Assembly: GCA_965262915.1 (NCBI GenBank)
Contig: OZ253564.1
Coordinates: forward strand, 4,050,909-4,114,908
DNA from: Candidatus Spongiisociaceae bacterium
GTDB lineage: Bacteria; Actinomycetota; Acidimicrobiia; Spongiisociales; Spongiisociaceae
DNA length: 64,000 nucleotides
Reading direction: 5' to 3'
The notes below the pieces were generated by a model. That model was given only the letters and a program-made list of their open reading frames with translations. It was not told the origin of the DNA and ran no database searches. Of this stretch, positions 9,619 to 19,885 are shown in pieces. Numbering within the stretch: the first letter of the stretch is position 1; each line of letters opens with the position of its first letter. The translations under genes were made by a program, and so were the position numbers.

Positions 9619-9800
9619 CGGCTCGAAGATCCCGCCGCTGATCCTGCACCACCGCCGGGCTACCGGGCCGGCTGACCCGAGACCTCCCTCGTGAGCAGAG
9701 AACCGAGGCCGGTATTGTTGACCGCAATCGAAGAAAAGACGGGCAAGTCGGTGCGGAAACGGAGGTTTCGGGGTCCGGACCGTGCTAAGGGGAGGACAAC

Positions 9801-10868
9801 ATGACCGTCGCGGACCACTACAGCGTCACCGAAGACGAGATCCGGTTCGATCACACCGCCGAGGAGCGCCTCTACCAAGCGATGTTCGACTATTGGCATC
9901 CGGTGGTCTACTCGTCCCATCTGAGCGACGACAAGCCGTTGGCGGCCACTCTGCTCGGTGAATCGATCGTGGTGGTCCGGCTCGATGGTGCAGTTCGTGC
10001 CTTCCGCGACCTGTGCGTCCATCGGGGTACGGCCTTGTCGCTGGGCTGGGTGGAGGACGACTCTCTCCGTTGCGCGTACCACGGCTGGAAGTACGGACCG
10101 GACGGCATGTGCACGGAGATCCCGTCGCGGTTCGGTAGCCGGATCCCCAAGCGGGCCCGGCTGACCCGCTATACGGCGGCCGAGGCGGCCGGTCTGATTT
10201 GGGTATGCCTGTCGGGAGAGCCGAGATACCCGCTGCCCAAGTTTCCCCAACGGGAGGATCCCAGGTTCAGGATCATCGAGGTTCCGTCATACAACTGGAA
10301 CTGCTCGATGCCCCGGCGGATCGAGAACTACGTCGACTTCGCTCACTTCGCCTGGGTACACGACGGGGTGCTGGGGGACCGCAACGAACCGGAGGTCCCG
10401 GACCACGGGATAGCCCGGGTCGGCCACGAGCTGCGTTTCGACCATCCCCACATGGCCGAGCCTCCCGACTCCGGCAAGAACAAGGGCCTCGAATCGGCAG
10501 GCGAGGCGGTCGACGTCCAGATCGACTACCGCCTGTTCATGCCCAACACGATCCTCCTCGACCAGCGGATACCCGCTCTGGATCAGCAATACCTGCTGTT
10601 CTTCTCGGTCTGCCCGACAGGGCCCAAGACCAGCCGCTGCTTCACCTTCATGGGCCGCGACTACTCCCTTGACGAGGACACCGACCGGGACATGCTCAAG
10701 TTCAACGAGTTGGTGATCGGCCAGGATCTCCCCATCGTGCAGTCACAGAGGCCGGAGGAACTCCCCATGGATCTCTCGGCCGAAGTGCAGATCAAGGGTT
10801 CGGACCGGGTGGCCGTCGAGTACCGCCGCTGGCTCAAGAAGATCGCCGACGGCACGGATACGGCCTGA
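9801..10868 (+). CDS. Rieske [2Fe-2S] non-heme iron aromatic-ring hydroxylating oxygenase/demethylase alpha subunit (VanA/GbcA-like)
   Basis: Rieske motif CVHRG...CAYHGW; 355 aa single-subunit type. Confidence 0.9.
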   Translation: MTVADHYSVTEDEIRFDHTAEERLYQAMFDYWHPVVYSSHLSDDKPLAATLLGESIVVVRLDGAVRAFRDLCVHRGTALSLGWVEDDSLRCAYHGWKYGPDGMCTEIPSRFGSRIPKRARLTRYTAAEAAGLIWVCLSGEPRYPLPKFPQREDPRFRIIEVPSYNWNCSMPRRIENYVDFAHFAWVHDGVLGDRNEPEVPDHGIARVGHELRFDHPHMAEPPDSGKNKGLESAGEAVDVQIDYRLFMPNTILLDQRIPALDQQYLLFFSVCPTGPKTSRCFTFMGRDYSLDEDTDRDMLKFNELVIGQDLPIVQSQRPEELPMDLSAEVQIKGSDRVAVEYRRWLKKIADGTDTA

Positions 10869-10983
10869 GCCCGTAGGGAACCGAGCGATCTGTCCCCAAG
10901 ACGATTCGCCGCGTCCCGCTTGCCGCCACCGCGACGACCGAGGATACGGAGCGCCCTGCCACCGGACGGCTACCGGAATCACC

Positions 10984-11901
10984 TCAACCGGCCTTGCCGA
11001 CCACCCCGGAGAGGTCGCACCCATGGAGTTCCTCCAACAACCCTAGGAAGGCGAGCACGGGGACGCTGTAGTGCTGGGCGCGCCGGACCAAGACATGGGT
11101 CGGTAGGTACACCCGGTGCTCGTCGGCCATCCCTATCGGCTTGAGCCTTCCCCGTTCGACCTCGCTCCGGATCGCGCTGCGCGGCAGGAAGGATATGCCC
11201 AGTCCGAGAGCCACCATCCGTTTGGTGGCTTCGATGCTGTCGAGCATGGTCTCGATCTGGGGAACGATCCCCGCCTCGTGGCAGGCCTGGTTGATGAGCA
11301 GGAAATAGGTCGAGCTGGGGTCGTAGAGGATGAGTGGCTGGCGCGCCACCTCCGATATGCGGGCGTAGCCCTTCTCCGCAAAAGGGTGATCGGGATACGT
11401 CACGAGAACGATCTCCTCGTCGTACAGGTAGATCGAGTGGACGTCCGGATGGACGAGACCCCTCGACAGGCCGATGTCCACGACACCGTCGATGATCATC
11501 GCCAGCACGTCGGTGGACCGTCCGGTGCGTATCCGGGCCGAGACCTGAGGGTGACGGCGCTGGAAACGGTCGAGGGTCGGGGGAAGCATGTAGGTCCCGA
11601 TGGTGCGGGCCGACCCGATCGTGATAGTGCCCTGCTGCTCGTCAAGGGTCTGGCGGACGGCTTCTCGGCCCTTGTCGAGGAACTCGAGAACCCGCTCGGC
11701 GAAGGGAAGAAACGCCTCCCCGGCCTCGGTCAACCGGACGCCTCGTCCCAGACGGTGGAAGAGCGGGGTGCGCAACTCGCGCTCCAAGGACTTGATCCGG
11801 GCGCTGAGTGACGGCTGGCTCACAAAGGAGGCGCGAGCCGCTCCCCGGAAGCTGCCCATCCTGGCCGCGGCCAGAAAGGACTCGAGTTGCCTGAACTCCA
11901 T
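10984..11901 (-). CDS. LysR-family transcriptional regulator
   Basis: N-terminal [53 protein letters not shown]; 305 aa. Confidence 0.9.
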   Translation of the reverse strand: MEFRQLESFLAAARMGSFRGAARASFVSQPSLSARIKSLERELRTPLFHRLGRGVRLTEAGEAFLPFAERVLEFLDKGREAVRQTLDEQQGTITIGSARTIGTYMLPPTLDRFQRRHPQVSARIRTGRSTDVLAMIIDGVVDIGLSRGLVHPDVHSIYLYDEEIVLVTYPDHPFAEKGYARISEVARQPLILYDPSSTYFLLINQACHEAGIVPQIETMLDSIEATKRMVALGLGISFLPRSAIRSEVERGRLKPIGMADEHRVYLPTHVLVRRAQHYSVPVLAFLGLLEELHGCDLSGVVGKAG

Positions 11902-11922
11902 TTACCCCGCTCCGCCCTAGCG

Positions 11923-11937
11923 ATAGTTATAGCCTAT
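11923..11937. promoter_or_regulatory. Candidate LysR-type T-N11-A box (ATAGttatagcCTAT)
   Basis: Inverted ATAG/CTAT arms read directly, located in the lysR-aceA divergent region. Confidence 0.3.
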
Positions 11938-12096
11938 CACTTCGATCCAAAGAAGGGGGCGGGGTTTATCGCCCGAAAACACCTCATACTGCTTCGGTTT
12001 CGACCATGCTTCCCCGAACGGCCCCACAGCGGAACCACGGGAAGGTGCGGGGTCACTGAGTCAATCCGAGATCGGTACCCGGAAGGGGTAGGAGTC

Positions 12097-13389
12097 ATGT
12101 CGATGAATGGCCGGAGCAGGTTCCGGAGAGCTGCTGCTCTCCAAGCCCGTTGGGACCAGGAGGCAAGGTGGCAGGGCATAGAGCGCCGCTACACCGCCCA
12201 CGACGTACTCCGTCTGCGGGGCAGCCTCAGGATCGAGCACAGCATCGCCCGGGCCGGCGCCGATCGACTCTGGCACCTCCTGCAAACCGAGCCCATCATC
12301 CGTACCTTCGGCGCCCTGACCGGAGCCCAGGCGGTCCAGATGGTGAAAGCCGGACTGAAGGCTCTCTATCTGAGCGGCTGGCAGGTCGCCGCCGATGCCA
12401 ACCTTTCGGGCCAGACCTACCCGGATCAGGGCCTCTACCCGTCCAACAGCGTGCCGAGCGCTATCAAGCGGATCAACAACGCTCTGACCCGCGCCGACCA
12501 GATCGCCACCATCAACGGCGAGACTGGCAGGAACTGGTTCGCCCCGATCGTGGCCGATGCGGAAGCCGGATTCGGCGGTCCTATCCATGGTTTCGAATTG
12601 ATGAAGGCGATGATCGAAGCGGGCGCGGCCGGCGTTCACTTCGAGGATCAACTCGCCTCCGAGAAGAAGTGTGGGCACATGGGCGGCAAGGTCCTGGTTC
12701 CGACCTCTCAATTCATCCGCACGCTCACCGCCGCCCGGCTCGCCGCCGACGTGATGGACGTGCCGACCATAATCATGGCGAGAACCGACGCACGCGACGC
12801 CAGGCTCCTGATGAGCGACGCCGACGAACGTGACCATCGTTTCTTGACCGGGGAGCGAACCCCAGAGGGTTATCACGGAGTTCGGGGCGGGATGAAGGCC
12901 GCCACGGAGCGGTCGCTGGCGTACGCTCCCTACGCCGATCTCCTATGGTTCGAGACCTCCCGGCCGGACCTCGAGGAAGCGGCGGCCTTCGCAGAAACGA
13001 TCCATGCCAGGTTCCCCGGCAAGCTGCTGGCCTACAACTGCTCCCCGTCCTTCAACTGGAGGCACCACCTGAGCGACCGCCAGATCGCCAACTTCCAGGA
13101 TCGGATCGCCGCGCTGGGCTACAGGTTCCAGTTCATCACCCTGGCAGGATGGCATCTTCTCAACTACCACACCTTCGATCTGGCCCGGTCCTACGACACG
13201 TCCGGGATGGCTGCCTACAGCCGGTTGCAGCAAACCGAGATCAACTCGGAGTCCCTCGGGTACACCGCGACCAAACACCAGGCAGAGGTAGGCGCCGGGT
13301 ATTTCGACGAGGTGGTACAGATCACAACAGGTGGCCGAGCCTCGACCCTGGCGCTGATCGGATCCACCGAGTCGAAGCAGTTCGACTGA
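12097..13389 (+). CDS. aceA: Isocitrate lyase
   Basis: ICL signature KKCGHMGGK; 430 aa from Met after GGAAGGGG RBS; track ORF begins earlier but overlaps lysR. Confidence 0.95.
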   Translation: MSMNGRSRFRRAAALQARWDQEARWQGIERRYTAHDVLRLRGSLRIEHSIARAGADRLWHLLQTEPIIRTFGALTGAQAVQMVKAGLKALYLSGWQVAADANLSGQTYPDQGLYPSNSVPSAIKRINNALTRADQIATINGETGRNWFAPIVADAEAGFGGPIHGFELMKAMIEAGAAGVHFEDQLASEKKCGHMGGKVLVPTSQFIRTLTAARLAADVMDVPTIIMARTDARDARLLMSDADERDHRFLTGERTPEGYHGVRGGMKAATERSLAYAPYADLLWFETSRPDLEEAAAFAETIHARFPGKLLAYNCSPSFNWRHHLSDRQIANFQDRIAALGYRFQFITLAGWHLLNYHTFDLARSYDTSGMAAYSRLQQTEINSESLGYTATKHQAEVGAGYFDEVVQITTGGRASTLALIGSTESKQFD

Positions 13390-13457
13390 CCCGCCCGCTC
13401 TTGACCTTCCGAGCCAGTGGACGTACAGTGGCCGTACACACCGAGGAGGTACTTAAC

Positions 13458-13745
13458 ATGGCTACACGTACCGAACGGCGGCGTAGCCGGCGTCTCGAGG
13501 TCCGTACAACGCCCGAGGAACGGGCGTTGATCGATCTTGCGGTTACCGCATCTGGTACAGACCTCACCAGTTTTGTGGTAAAGAACCTGACCGTGGCTGC
13601 GCGGCGGGTACTGGCCGACCGGTCCGAGTTCACGTTGGGTCCGGACGCGCAGCGGGTCTGGGAGGAGATCAACCGGCGACCGGCCCGGAACCTTCCTGAA
13701 CTGAGGGAGTTCATGCAGCGACCATCGCCCTTCGTCAAGGGGTGA
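13458..13745 (+). CDS. DUF1778 (TacA-like) antitoxin of GNAT toxin-antitoxin module
   Basis: 95 aa, RHH-like, GAGGAGG RBS; overlaps downstream GNAT gene by 4 nt. Confidence 0.8.
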   Translation: MATRTERRRSRRLEVRTTPEERALIDLAVTASGTDLTSFVVKNLTVAARRVLADRSEFTLGPDAQRVWEEINRRPARNLPELREFMQRPSPFVKG

Positions 13746-14260
13746 CGAAACTATATCTCCCGCCGCGACTGCTGGAACCCCACCACGACATCGACCAATT
13801 CCTGTGCCGATCCGACGAGCAGACCTGGTGGCTGCGCCATCACGCCCGCCAGGCCGGAACGATGGGCACCGCCAAGGTCCTCATTGTCACGCGACCATGC
13901 AACGTGGAGGTCGTTGCGTATTACGCGTGGTGTATGGGCCGCATCAGGATCGCTGATGCGCCAAACCGACTGCGCACAGGAGCAGGTCGGTACCCGCAGC
14001 CCGTCGCTCTCCTGACCCGCCTCGGGGTTTCGATCCGCCACGAGCGCCGGGGGCTCGGCACAGGGCTATTGCAAGATGTGATCGGCCGTACTGCTCAACT
14101 CGGAACCGAGATCGGGTGCCGAGGACTCCTCGTGCATGCCGAGACCACCGAGGCCCGGGACTTCTACCTCCATCTCGTCCCAGCCTTCGAGCCATCGCCC
14201 ACCGATCCCCTCCATCTTGTCCTACTCATGAAGGACCCCCATAAGGCACTCCGTTCTTGA
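13742..14260 (+). CDS. GNAT-family acetyltransferase toxin (TacT-like)
   Basis: GNAT core HERRGLGTGLL; 172 aa; coupled to DUF1778 gene. Confidence 0.8.
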   Translation: MTKLYLPPRLLEPHHDIDQFLCRSDEQTWWLRHHARQAGTMGTAKVLIVTRPCNVEVVAYYAWCMGRIRIADAPNRLRTGAGRYPQPVALLTRLGVSIRHERRGLGTGLLQDVIGRTAQLGTEIGCRGLLVHAETTEARDFYLHLVPAFEPSPTDPLHLVLLMKDPHKALRS

Positions 14261-14275
14261 GGCGGCCTTCCGGAG

Positions 14276-15538
14276 TCAGGGCGAGAAGCGGTACACGACG
14301 GGTAGCTCTCCGGGTTCCGTGACAGCGGAATCGGTGTGGTGGGATATGTGTACGCGCCCCGTTCCACAGTCGCCGAAGTCGTCACAGGAAATGGTGCCCA
14401 CGATGCCGCTGAAACCGCTGGTGGCGGTCATCGCTGACCGGAGTCCGGCCCGGTCGATGAAGAGCGTGTCTCCGTCGGCTACCGCAACCTCCTCGATGGC
14501 CCGCAGGAGAACGGTGGTCGCGTCGTAGGCGTGCGCCAGGTAAGCGGATGTGGGCTCCTCGCTGTACAAGGCTCGATACTCCGCGATGAGTTCGCCGCCG
14601 CTCCTGCCGGTTGCCTGGTTGGCGTTTCCACCGAACCCCGACTCCGGACCCGGCAGGTAAATCCCCTCCGACTCCGGAACCGAGAGGAACTCGGAGACCA
14701 GCAGCGCCGCGCCGCCTATCAGGGTCACGCCCCCGAGTCCGGCAATCTGACCGATCTGGCGGACCATGTGCATACCTTCGTCCTGGAAGAGCGGGAAGAA
14801 CAGCCCGTCGGGGCTTCCGGCGGAAATCCGAGTGAGGACGGGAACCATGTACGTGTCTCCCCTGCTGACGGAGGTGATGGCAACCGAACCACCGTACTCC
14901 TCGAAGGCGGTTGCGAAAGCCCCGGTGAGCCCGGTCGTGTAGGGGTCACCGTCATGGACAGCGGCCATCGACCTCAGCCGGAGTTCGTTGTAGGCGAACT
15001 CAGCCACCGCCCGGGCCTGATGGAGGTCGTTGGTGGACAGCCTGTAGAAGCCGGCGTAGTAGTTGGAACCGGCGGTGCCCCGGAGGTCGGAGGTCAGCGA
15101 GGGAGAGGTTGTGGTGGGTGAGACCATGACGAGGCCGGCCTCGCTGAGGAGCGGTGAGGCGGCAGCCGCTGCGACAGAGCAGGACGTACCGACAACCGCC
15201 ACCACGCGGGGGTCCCCGATCACCGCTTCGGCAGCTGCCCGGCCGCCCTCCGCCGAGCAGAGGGAGTCGAGGCCGGCGCCCATCGAGACATCGTGTCCCT
15301 CGATGGGGCCGTAGTCGGCTATCGCCAGAGCGACACCACGCTGGCTGGGAACACCCAGGTCACCCAACCCGGTCAGCACGGCCAGCGAGCGTATCTGGAT
15401 ATCGTCGCCGGGACCGACCTCGACGGCTCCGAGCGGACCCGGTTGGAAATCCGGTGAAGCGCAGGAGAAGCCCGCCAGCACTACCATGCATAGCAGCCCG
15501 AGCCGGAGAGACTTCCCAGGACGGGATCGGAAGTCCAT
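14276..15538 (-). CDS. ABC transporter substrate-binding lipoprotein, branched-chain amino acid (Peripla_BP_6) type
   Basis: Signal/lipobox LLCMVVLAGFSCAS; type I periplasmic binding fold motifs; 420 aa. Confidence 0.85.
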   Translation of the reverse strand: MDFRSRPGKSLRLGLLCMVVLAGFSCASPDFQPGPLGAVEVGPGDDIQIRSLAVLTGLGDLGVPSQRGVALAIADYGPIEGHDVSMGAGLDSLCSAEGGRAAAEAVIGDPRVVAVVGTSCSVAAAAASPLLSEAGLVMVSPTTTSPSLTSDLRGTAGSNYYAGFYRLSTNDLHQARAVAEFAYNELRLRSMAAVHDGDPYTTGLTGAFATAFEEYGGSVAITSVSRGDTYMVPVLTRISAGSPDGLFFPLFQDEGMHMVRQIGQIAGLGGVTLIGGAALLVSEFLSVPESEGIYLPGPESGFGGNANQATGRSGGELIAEYRALYSEEPTSAYLAHAYDATTVLLRAIEEVAVADGDTLFIDRAGLRSAMTATSGFSGIVGTISCDDFGDCGTGRVHISHHTDSAVTEPGELPVVYRFSP

Positions 15539-15840
15539 TTGCCCTAGCCCTCCTATTCCTCACCTCACGACCACCCGGATCGGCACGGGTCATCTCCGGC
15601 GCGGACCCTAGCGGATCTCGCGTGCGCAGGGAACGGCCATGGCTGATGGCGCGCTGAACTTTCGGGCCGCGGCCGGGCGGGGCGGAGAGCCCGTGGAAAG
15701 CGTCCGTACGACCCGCCAGACCGGAACCTGCTCGCTCGGTCACGTTCCCAATCCGGTTGACCGCTCATTCGTACTCCTTCCTGAGGTTGTCCGTTGGTGA
15801 TCTCCCGTATGAGATGTATGCTCGCTCGGTAGGAAACTAT

Positions 15841-16734
15841 ATGAAACCGCCACCGTTCAGATATGCGCGTCCGGAGACCCTCGACAAGGTCCTCCACCTC
15901 CTAGAGGAATATGACGGCGGGGCCAGGGTGCTGGCAGGTGGCCAGAGCCTGATACCGATCCTGAACTTCCGTTTGGCCCGGCCGGAGGTCCTGGTCGATA
16001 TCGCGCTGGTGAGAACTGCGGCACATCAGGGTCAAGGATGGGATGCTCCGCATCGGTGCCGCGGTTACTCAGAACACGGTTGAGCGCTCCGCCGAGGTGG
16101 CCCGTGTCTGCCCTCTGCTGGGCAACTGCGGCCGCTACCGGTTCAGAACACGTGGCGCTCCGCCATCTGGGCAGGCCGACCGTTCGTGGGGCACCGGGTT
16201 CGAGGAACGGTCGTGGGAAGCATCGCGCATGCCGACCCGGCTGCGGAACTTCCGGCCGTTGCCCTCGCCCTGGATGCGACCATGGTGGTGCGATCCGCCA
16301 CCGCCGAGAGGGCTATCCCGGCGAGCCGGTTCTTTCTCGGACCGTTCACCACAGCTCTGCAACCTGGCGAGATCCTGGTGGAGGTGCGGTTCCCGACTTC
16401 GAGAAAGACCCGGGCCGCGGTCACCGAGGTCGCCCCACGGTCCGGCGACTTCGCCATTGCGGGCGTTGCCGGGAAGCTTCGCACCGCCCGAGGCGGGAAG
16501 GTACGAGAGATCGGCTTGGCACTGTTCGGCTTGGGGGGAGTCCCCCAGCGCCTCCACGAGGTGGAAGCCCGGCTCCTGGGACAGCGACTCACCACACACC
16601 GGCTCGACGAGATGGCGCACCTGACGATGCGGACAGCCGATGCGGACTCCCATGATGTCCACGCCGACGCCGGCTACCGGGCTCGGGTAGCCGGCGAGCT
16701 CGTGCGTCGCGCCGTCGCGGAGATGGCGCGGTGA
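15841..16734 (+). pseudogene. CoxM/CutM-like FAD-binding subunit of molybdenum hydroxylase, disrupted by frameshifts between about 16005 and 16190
   Basis: N-terminal MKPPPFRYARP...LAGGQSLIPILNFRLARP in frame 1, LRIGAAVTQNTVERSAEVARVCPLL in frame 2, RGTVVGSIAHADPAAELP back in frame 1; intact paralog at 45121-45993 aligns colinearly. Confidence 0.6.
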
Positions 16735-17219
16735 GACCCGTACCGGAGCCGTCCGACCGGCTGGCGGTCTCGATGTCCGTGAACAGGCGTCTCACGGAGC
16801 GAACGGTGGATGCCCGGAAGCTGCTGGCGGATTTCCTGCGGGAGGACCTCGGCCTCACGGGGACCCATATCGGTTGCGAGCATGGCGCATGCGGCGCTTG
16901 CACCGTGCTGGTGGGCAGCCAACCCGTCCGGTCGTGCATCATGCTGGCGGTCCAGGCGGACGGGTGCGAGGTGACAACGGTCGAGGGCATTACCCCCGAT
17001 AACGGCCTCAACCCCATGCAGCAGGCCTTCAAGGACCACCACGGCCTCCAATGCGGCTTCTGCACACCCGGCTTCCTGATGACCCTTTCAGGCGTCGAAC
17101 CCGATGACTATCCCGATGAGGGCAGTATCCGCGAGTTGCTGGCCGGGAACCTGTGCCGCTGTACGGGGTACGAGGGCATCGTCGACGCCGTGATGGCTGC
17201 CTGGGACCGCGAACGATGA
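16731..17219 (+). CDS. CoxS-like [2Fe-2S] small subunit of molybdenum hydroxylase
   Basis: CEHGACGACTV and C-x2-C motifs; GTG start overlapping upstream stop; 162 aa. Confidence 0.9.
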   Translation: MRPVPEPSDRLAVSMSVNRRLTERTVDARKLLADFLREDLGLTGTHIGCEHGACGACTVLVGSQPVRSCIMLAVQADGCEVTTVEGITPDNGLNPMQQAFKDHHGLQCGFCTPGFLMTLSGVEPDDYPDEGSIRELLAGNLCRCTGYEGIVDAVMAAWDRER

Positions 17220-19588
17220 CCACCCGCCCCACCTATATCGGTGCCCAAGTGGCGAGGGTCGAGGACGACCGTCTGCTCTCAGGAGCGGGCCGCTTCGTTG
17301 CCGACGTGTCGCTGCCCGGGATGCTGGACGCGTCCTTCTACCGGAGTCCACTTCCCCACGCCCTCATCGAAGGGGTGGACGCCACCGACGTGATGGGTAT
17401 TCCGGGCGTGGAAGGGGTCTTCACCGCGGCGGACATGACCGAGGTTGCACCCTTCCCGGACTTCGACAAGCACGCCCGGCCCGTGCGCATGTTCGCGATG
17501 GCTCGGGACAAGGTGCGGTACGTCGGGGCGCCTATCGCGGTGGTGGTCGCGCCGGACCGGTACGAGGCGGAGGACGCCCGGGACCTTCTGGTCGTCGACC
17601 TCGAACCGCTCGACCCCGTCGCCTCCGTGGACGATGCCCTGGCCGCAGGAGCCCCCCTCCTCTATCCGGAGTGGCCGGACAACGTCGTCATCGACTTCCC
17701 GGTAGCCAACCCGGAAGCGATAGCCGAGTTCGACGGGAGAATGACGGTCTCGGGTCGCTACGAAGTGGGGCGTCACGCCGGCGTACCAATGGAGACGAGG
17801 GGGGTGGTGGCCGAGTTCCGGGAAGGGCGCCTGACGGTTTGGACCTCCACCCAGTTCCCTCACATCGCCCGGACGATGCTGTCGTACTGCCTGCCGCTGG
17901 ACGAGATGGACATCCGGGTGATCGTGCCCGATGTCGGAGGAGGTTTCGGCGTCAAGGCCGAGTTCTATGTGGAAGAGGTAACGATCGCCTGGCTCGCCAT
18001 GAAGCTCGGACGGCCGGTCCGGTGGATCGAGGACCGGCGGGAGCACCTGGTCGCGGCGTGCCACGCCCGTGACCTGGTTCTCGACCTCGAGGCCGCTGTG
18101 GATGACCAGGGTCGCTTCCACGCAGTACGGGGGATGGCCATCCAGGATCTCGGAGCGGCCGAGATGTACCCCTACGGTTTCTCGCCCGCCTTCACCGCCA
18201 TCGGCCACATCACCGGCCCGTACCGCATCCCCCACCAATCGGTGGGCCTTCTGGTCGTAGCCACCAACAAGACTCCGTGCGGCGCATACCGTGGTTTCGG
18301 GATCCCGGAGGCGACCTTCGCCATCGAGCGTCTCATGGACAAGGCAGCCGGGCGACTCGGTCTCGACCGCGACGAGATCCGGCGCCGCAACCTGATCGGG
18401 CAGGAGGACATCCCGTACACGACCTCGGCAGGCGCCGTGGTCGACTCGGGAAGCCATCGTGAAGCCTTCGAGGAAACCGTCCGTCTCACCTCCGAGAGGC
18501 TGGAACGCTGGCGGGAGAAGCTGGGCGACGATCCTCGTGTAAGGGTGGGATCGGGCGTGATCAACTACATAGAGGGGGTGACCCCCACCTATTTCATGAC
18601 CTCGGGTCACTGGACCGGTTTCGACTCGTGCACGATACGGATCAACCCCGACGGGACGGTGGTCGTGGCGGTGGGCGTCTCCACGTCGGGCCAGGGCTTG
18701 GAGTCCATGCTGACCACCCTCGCCGCCGAGGCTCTGGGCGTCCGGCCCGATCAGGTGCGCGTCGTGATGGGCGACACCGACCGGACCCCGTACGGGCTGG
18801 GAAGCTGGGGCAGCAGAAGCACCAATGTCGCTTCGGGCGCCCTTCGGATCGCTTCCGGCCTGCTCCTGGACAAGGCGATCCTGATAGCAGCCCACCTCAT
18901 GGAAGCGTCCCCCGAGGATATCGAAGCCTACGGAGGTTCGTTCACGGTGAGGGGCAGTCCCGGACCGTCGGTCACTTGGCAACAGGTGGCGACCGCGGCC
19001 AACATCAGGACCCTCGACCTGCCCGAGGGCGTCGATCCGGGCCTGGAGGCGACCGCCACCTACGACCCGCCGGGAATCGAACACATACCGGACGAGTACG
19101 GGCGGGTCAACGCAGCCGCCACCTACACCAACGCCTCCCACGCAGCCATCGTGTCAGTAGATATAGGGACCGGTCAGGTGCGAGTCCTCGACTACATAGT
19201 TGCTCACGACTGCGGCACGGTGATCAACCCCCAGATCGTCAGGGGACAGGTGGTCGGCGGGATCGCCCAGGGAATAGGAGGAGCACTCCTGGAGAAACTC
19301 CACTACGACGAATGGGCGAATCCCCTGTCAACCTCGTTTCTCGACTACCACCTTCCCACCACCACGGAGATCCCGAACATGGTGGTCCGGCATTTCGAGT
19401 CGCCGGCGCCGGAGATGCCTTGGGGCGCGAAGGGGGCCGGCGAGGCCGGGATCATCGGTCCGGCCCCGGCCATCGCGGCCGCCGTCGAGGAAGCGATGGG
19501 AGGTTCCTCCGCCATGGCTGAGATCACCCGCACGCCGATCACCGCGCCCTACGTGTTGAGCCTGATTCCCGCCCCTCACCAGCCGTAG
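17216..19588 (+). CDS. CoxL-like molybdopterin large subunit (xanthine dehydrogenase family; active-site loop GAYRGFG, not canonical CODH)
   Basis: 790 aa from ATG overlapping coxS stop (ATGA); Mo-hydroxylase family; lacks AYRCSFR form I signature. Confidence 0.9.
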   Translation: MTTRPTYIGAQVARVEDDRLLSGAGRFVADVSLPGMLDASFYRSPLPHALIEGVDATDVMGIPGVEGVFTAADMTEVAPFPDFDKHARPVRMFAMARDKVRYVGAPIAVVVAPDRYEAEDARDLLVVDLEPLDPVASVDDALAAGAPLLYPEWPDNVVIDFPVANPEAIAEFDGRMTVSGRYEVGRHAGVPMETRGVVAEFREGRLTVWTSTQFPHIARTMLSYCLPLDEMDIRVIVPDVGGGFGVKAEFYVEEVTIAWLAMKLGRPVRWIEDRREHLVAACHARDLVLDLEAAVDDQGRFHAVRGMAIQDLGAAEMYPYGFSPAFTAIGHITGPYRIPHQSVGLLVVATNKTPCGAYRGFGIPEATFAIERLMDKAAGRLGLDRDEIRRRNLIGQEDIPYTTSAGAVVDSGSHREAFEETVRLTSERLERWREKLGDDPRVRVGSGVINYIEGVTPTYFMTSGHWTGFDSCTIRINPDGTVVVAVGVSTSGQGLESMLTTLAAEALGVRPDQVRVVMGDTDRTPYGLGSWGSRSTNVASGALRIASGLLLDKAILIAAHLMEASPEDIEAYGGSFTVRGSPGPSVTWQQVATAANIRTLDLPEGVDPGLEATATYDPPGIEHIPDEYGRVNAAATYTNASHAAIVSVDIGTGQVRVLDYIVAHDCGTVINPQIVRGQVVGGIAQGIGGALLEKLHYDEWANPLSTSFLDYHLPTTTEIPNMVVRHFESPAPEMPWGAKGAGEAGIIGPAPAIAAAVEEAMGGSSAMAEITRTPITAPYVLSLIPAPHQP

Positions 19589-19885
19589 GTGTGTGCGCCC
19601 GACTACTCGGGACCGGATGAGTCGCCCCATTGACCCGAGGCCGTCGAGGCCGGGGGGGCGGCTCCGCGCGGTATCGGTGGTCGTCTCGGTGGTTGCCGGG
19701 CTCGTCACCACCACCGGCGCCGGTACCGCCCGTGGCAGCCCCCACGACGCGGCCCTGTCGGCTCTGGAGGCCGAGGGCGTTCTCGAGAACACCCGTTGCT
19801 ACGACGGGTCCAACTGTCCTGACCAGCCCATTCCGCGCTGGGTGATGGCGGTGTGGCTATCCGCCGGGTAGAGGACACCGGTCGG

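Noticed and set aside
11116-12876. ORFs antisense to lysR and aceA (11116-11811 plus, 12061-12876 minus, 12150-12833 plus)
   Set aside because: Off-frame high-GC artefacts; real genes identified on the other frames.
17279-19141. 620-aa antisense ORF inside coxL copy 1 (and similar 42257-44005 / 42504-44617 ORFs inside coxL copy 2)
   Set aside because: Low-complexity Arg/Gly/Pro composition; opposite strand carries unambiguous Mo-hydroxylase large-subunit sequence.
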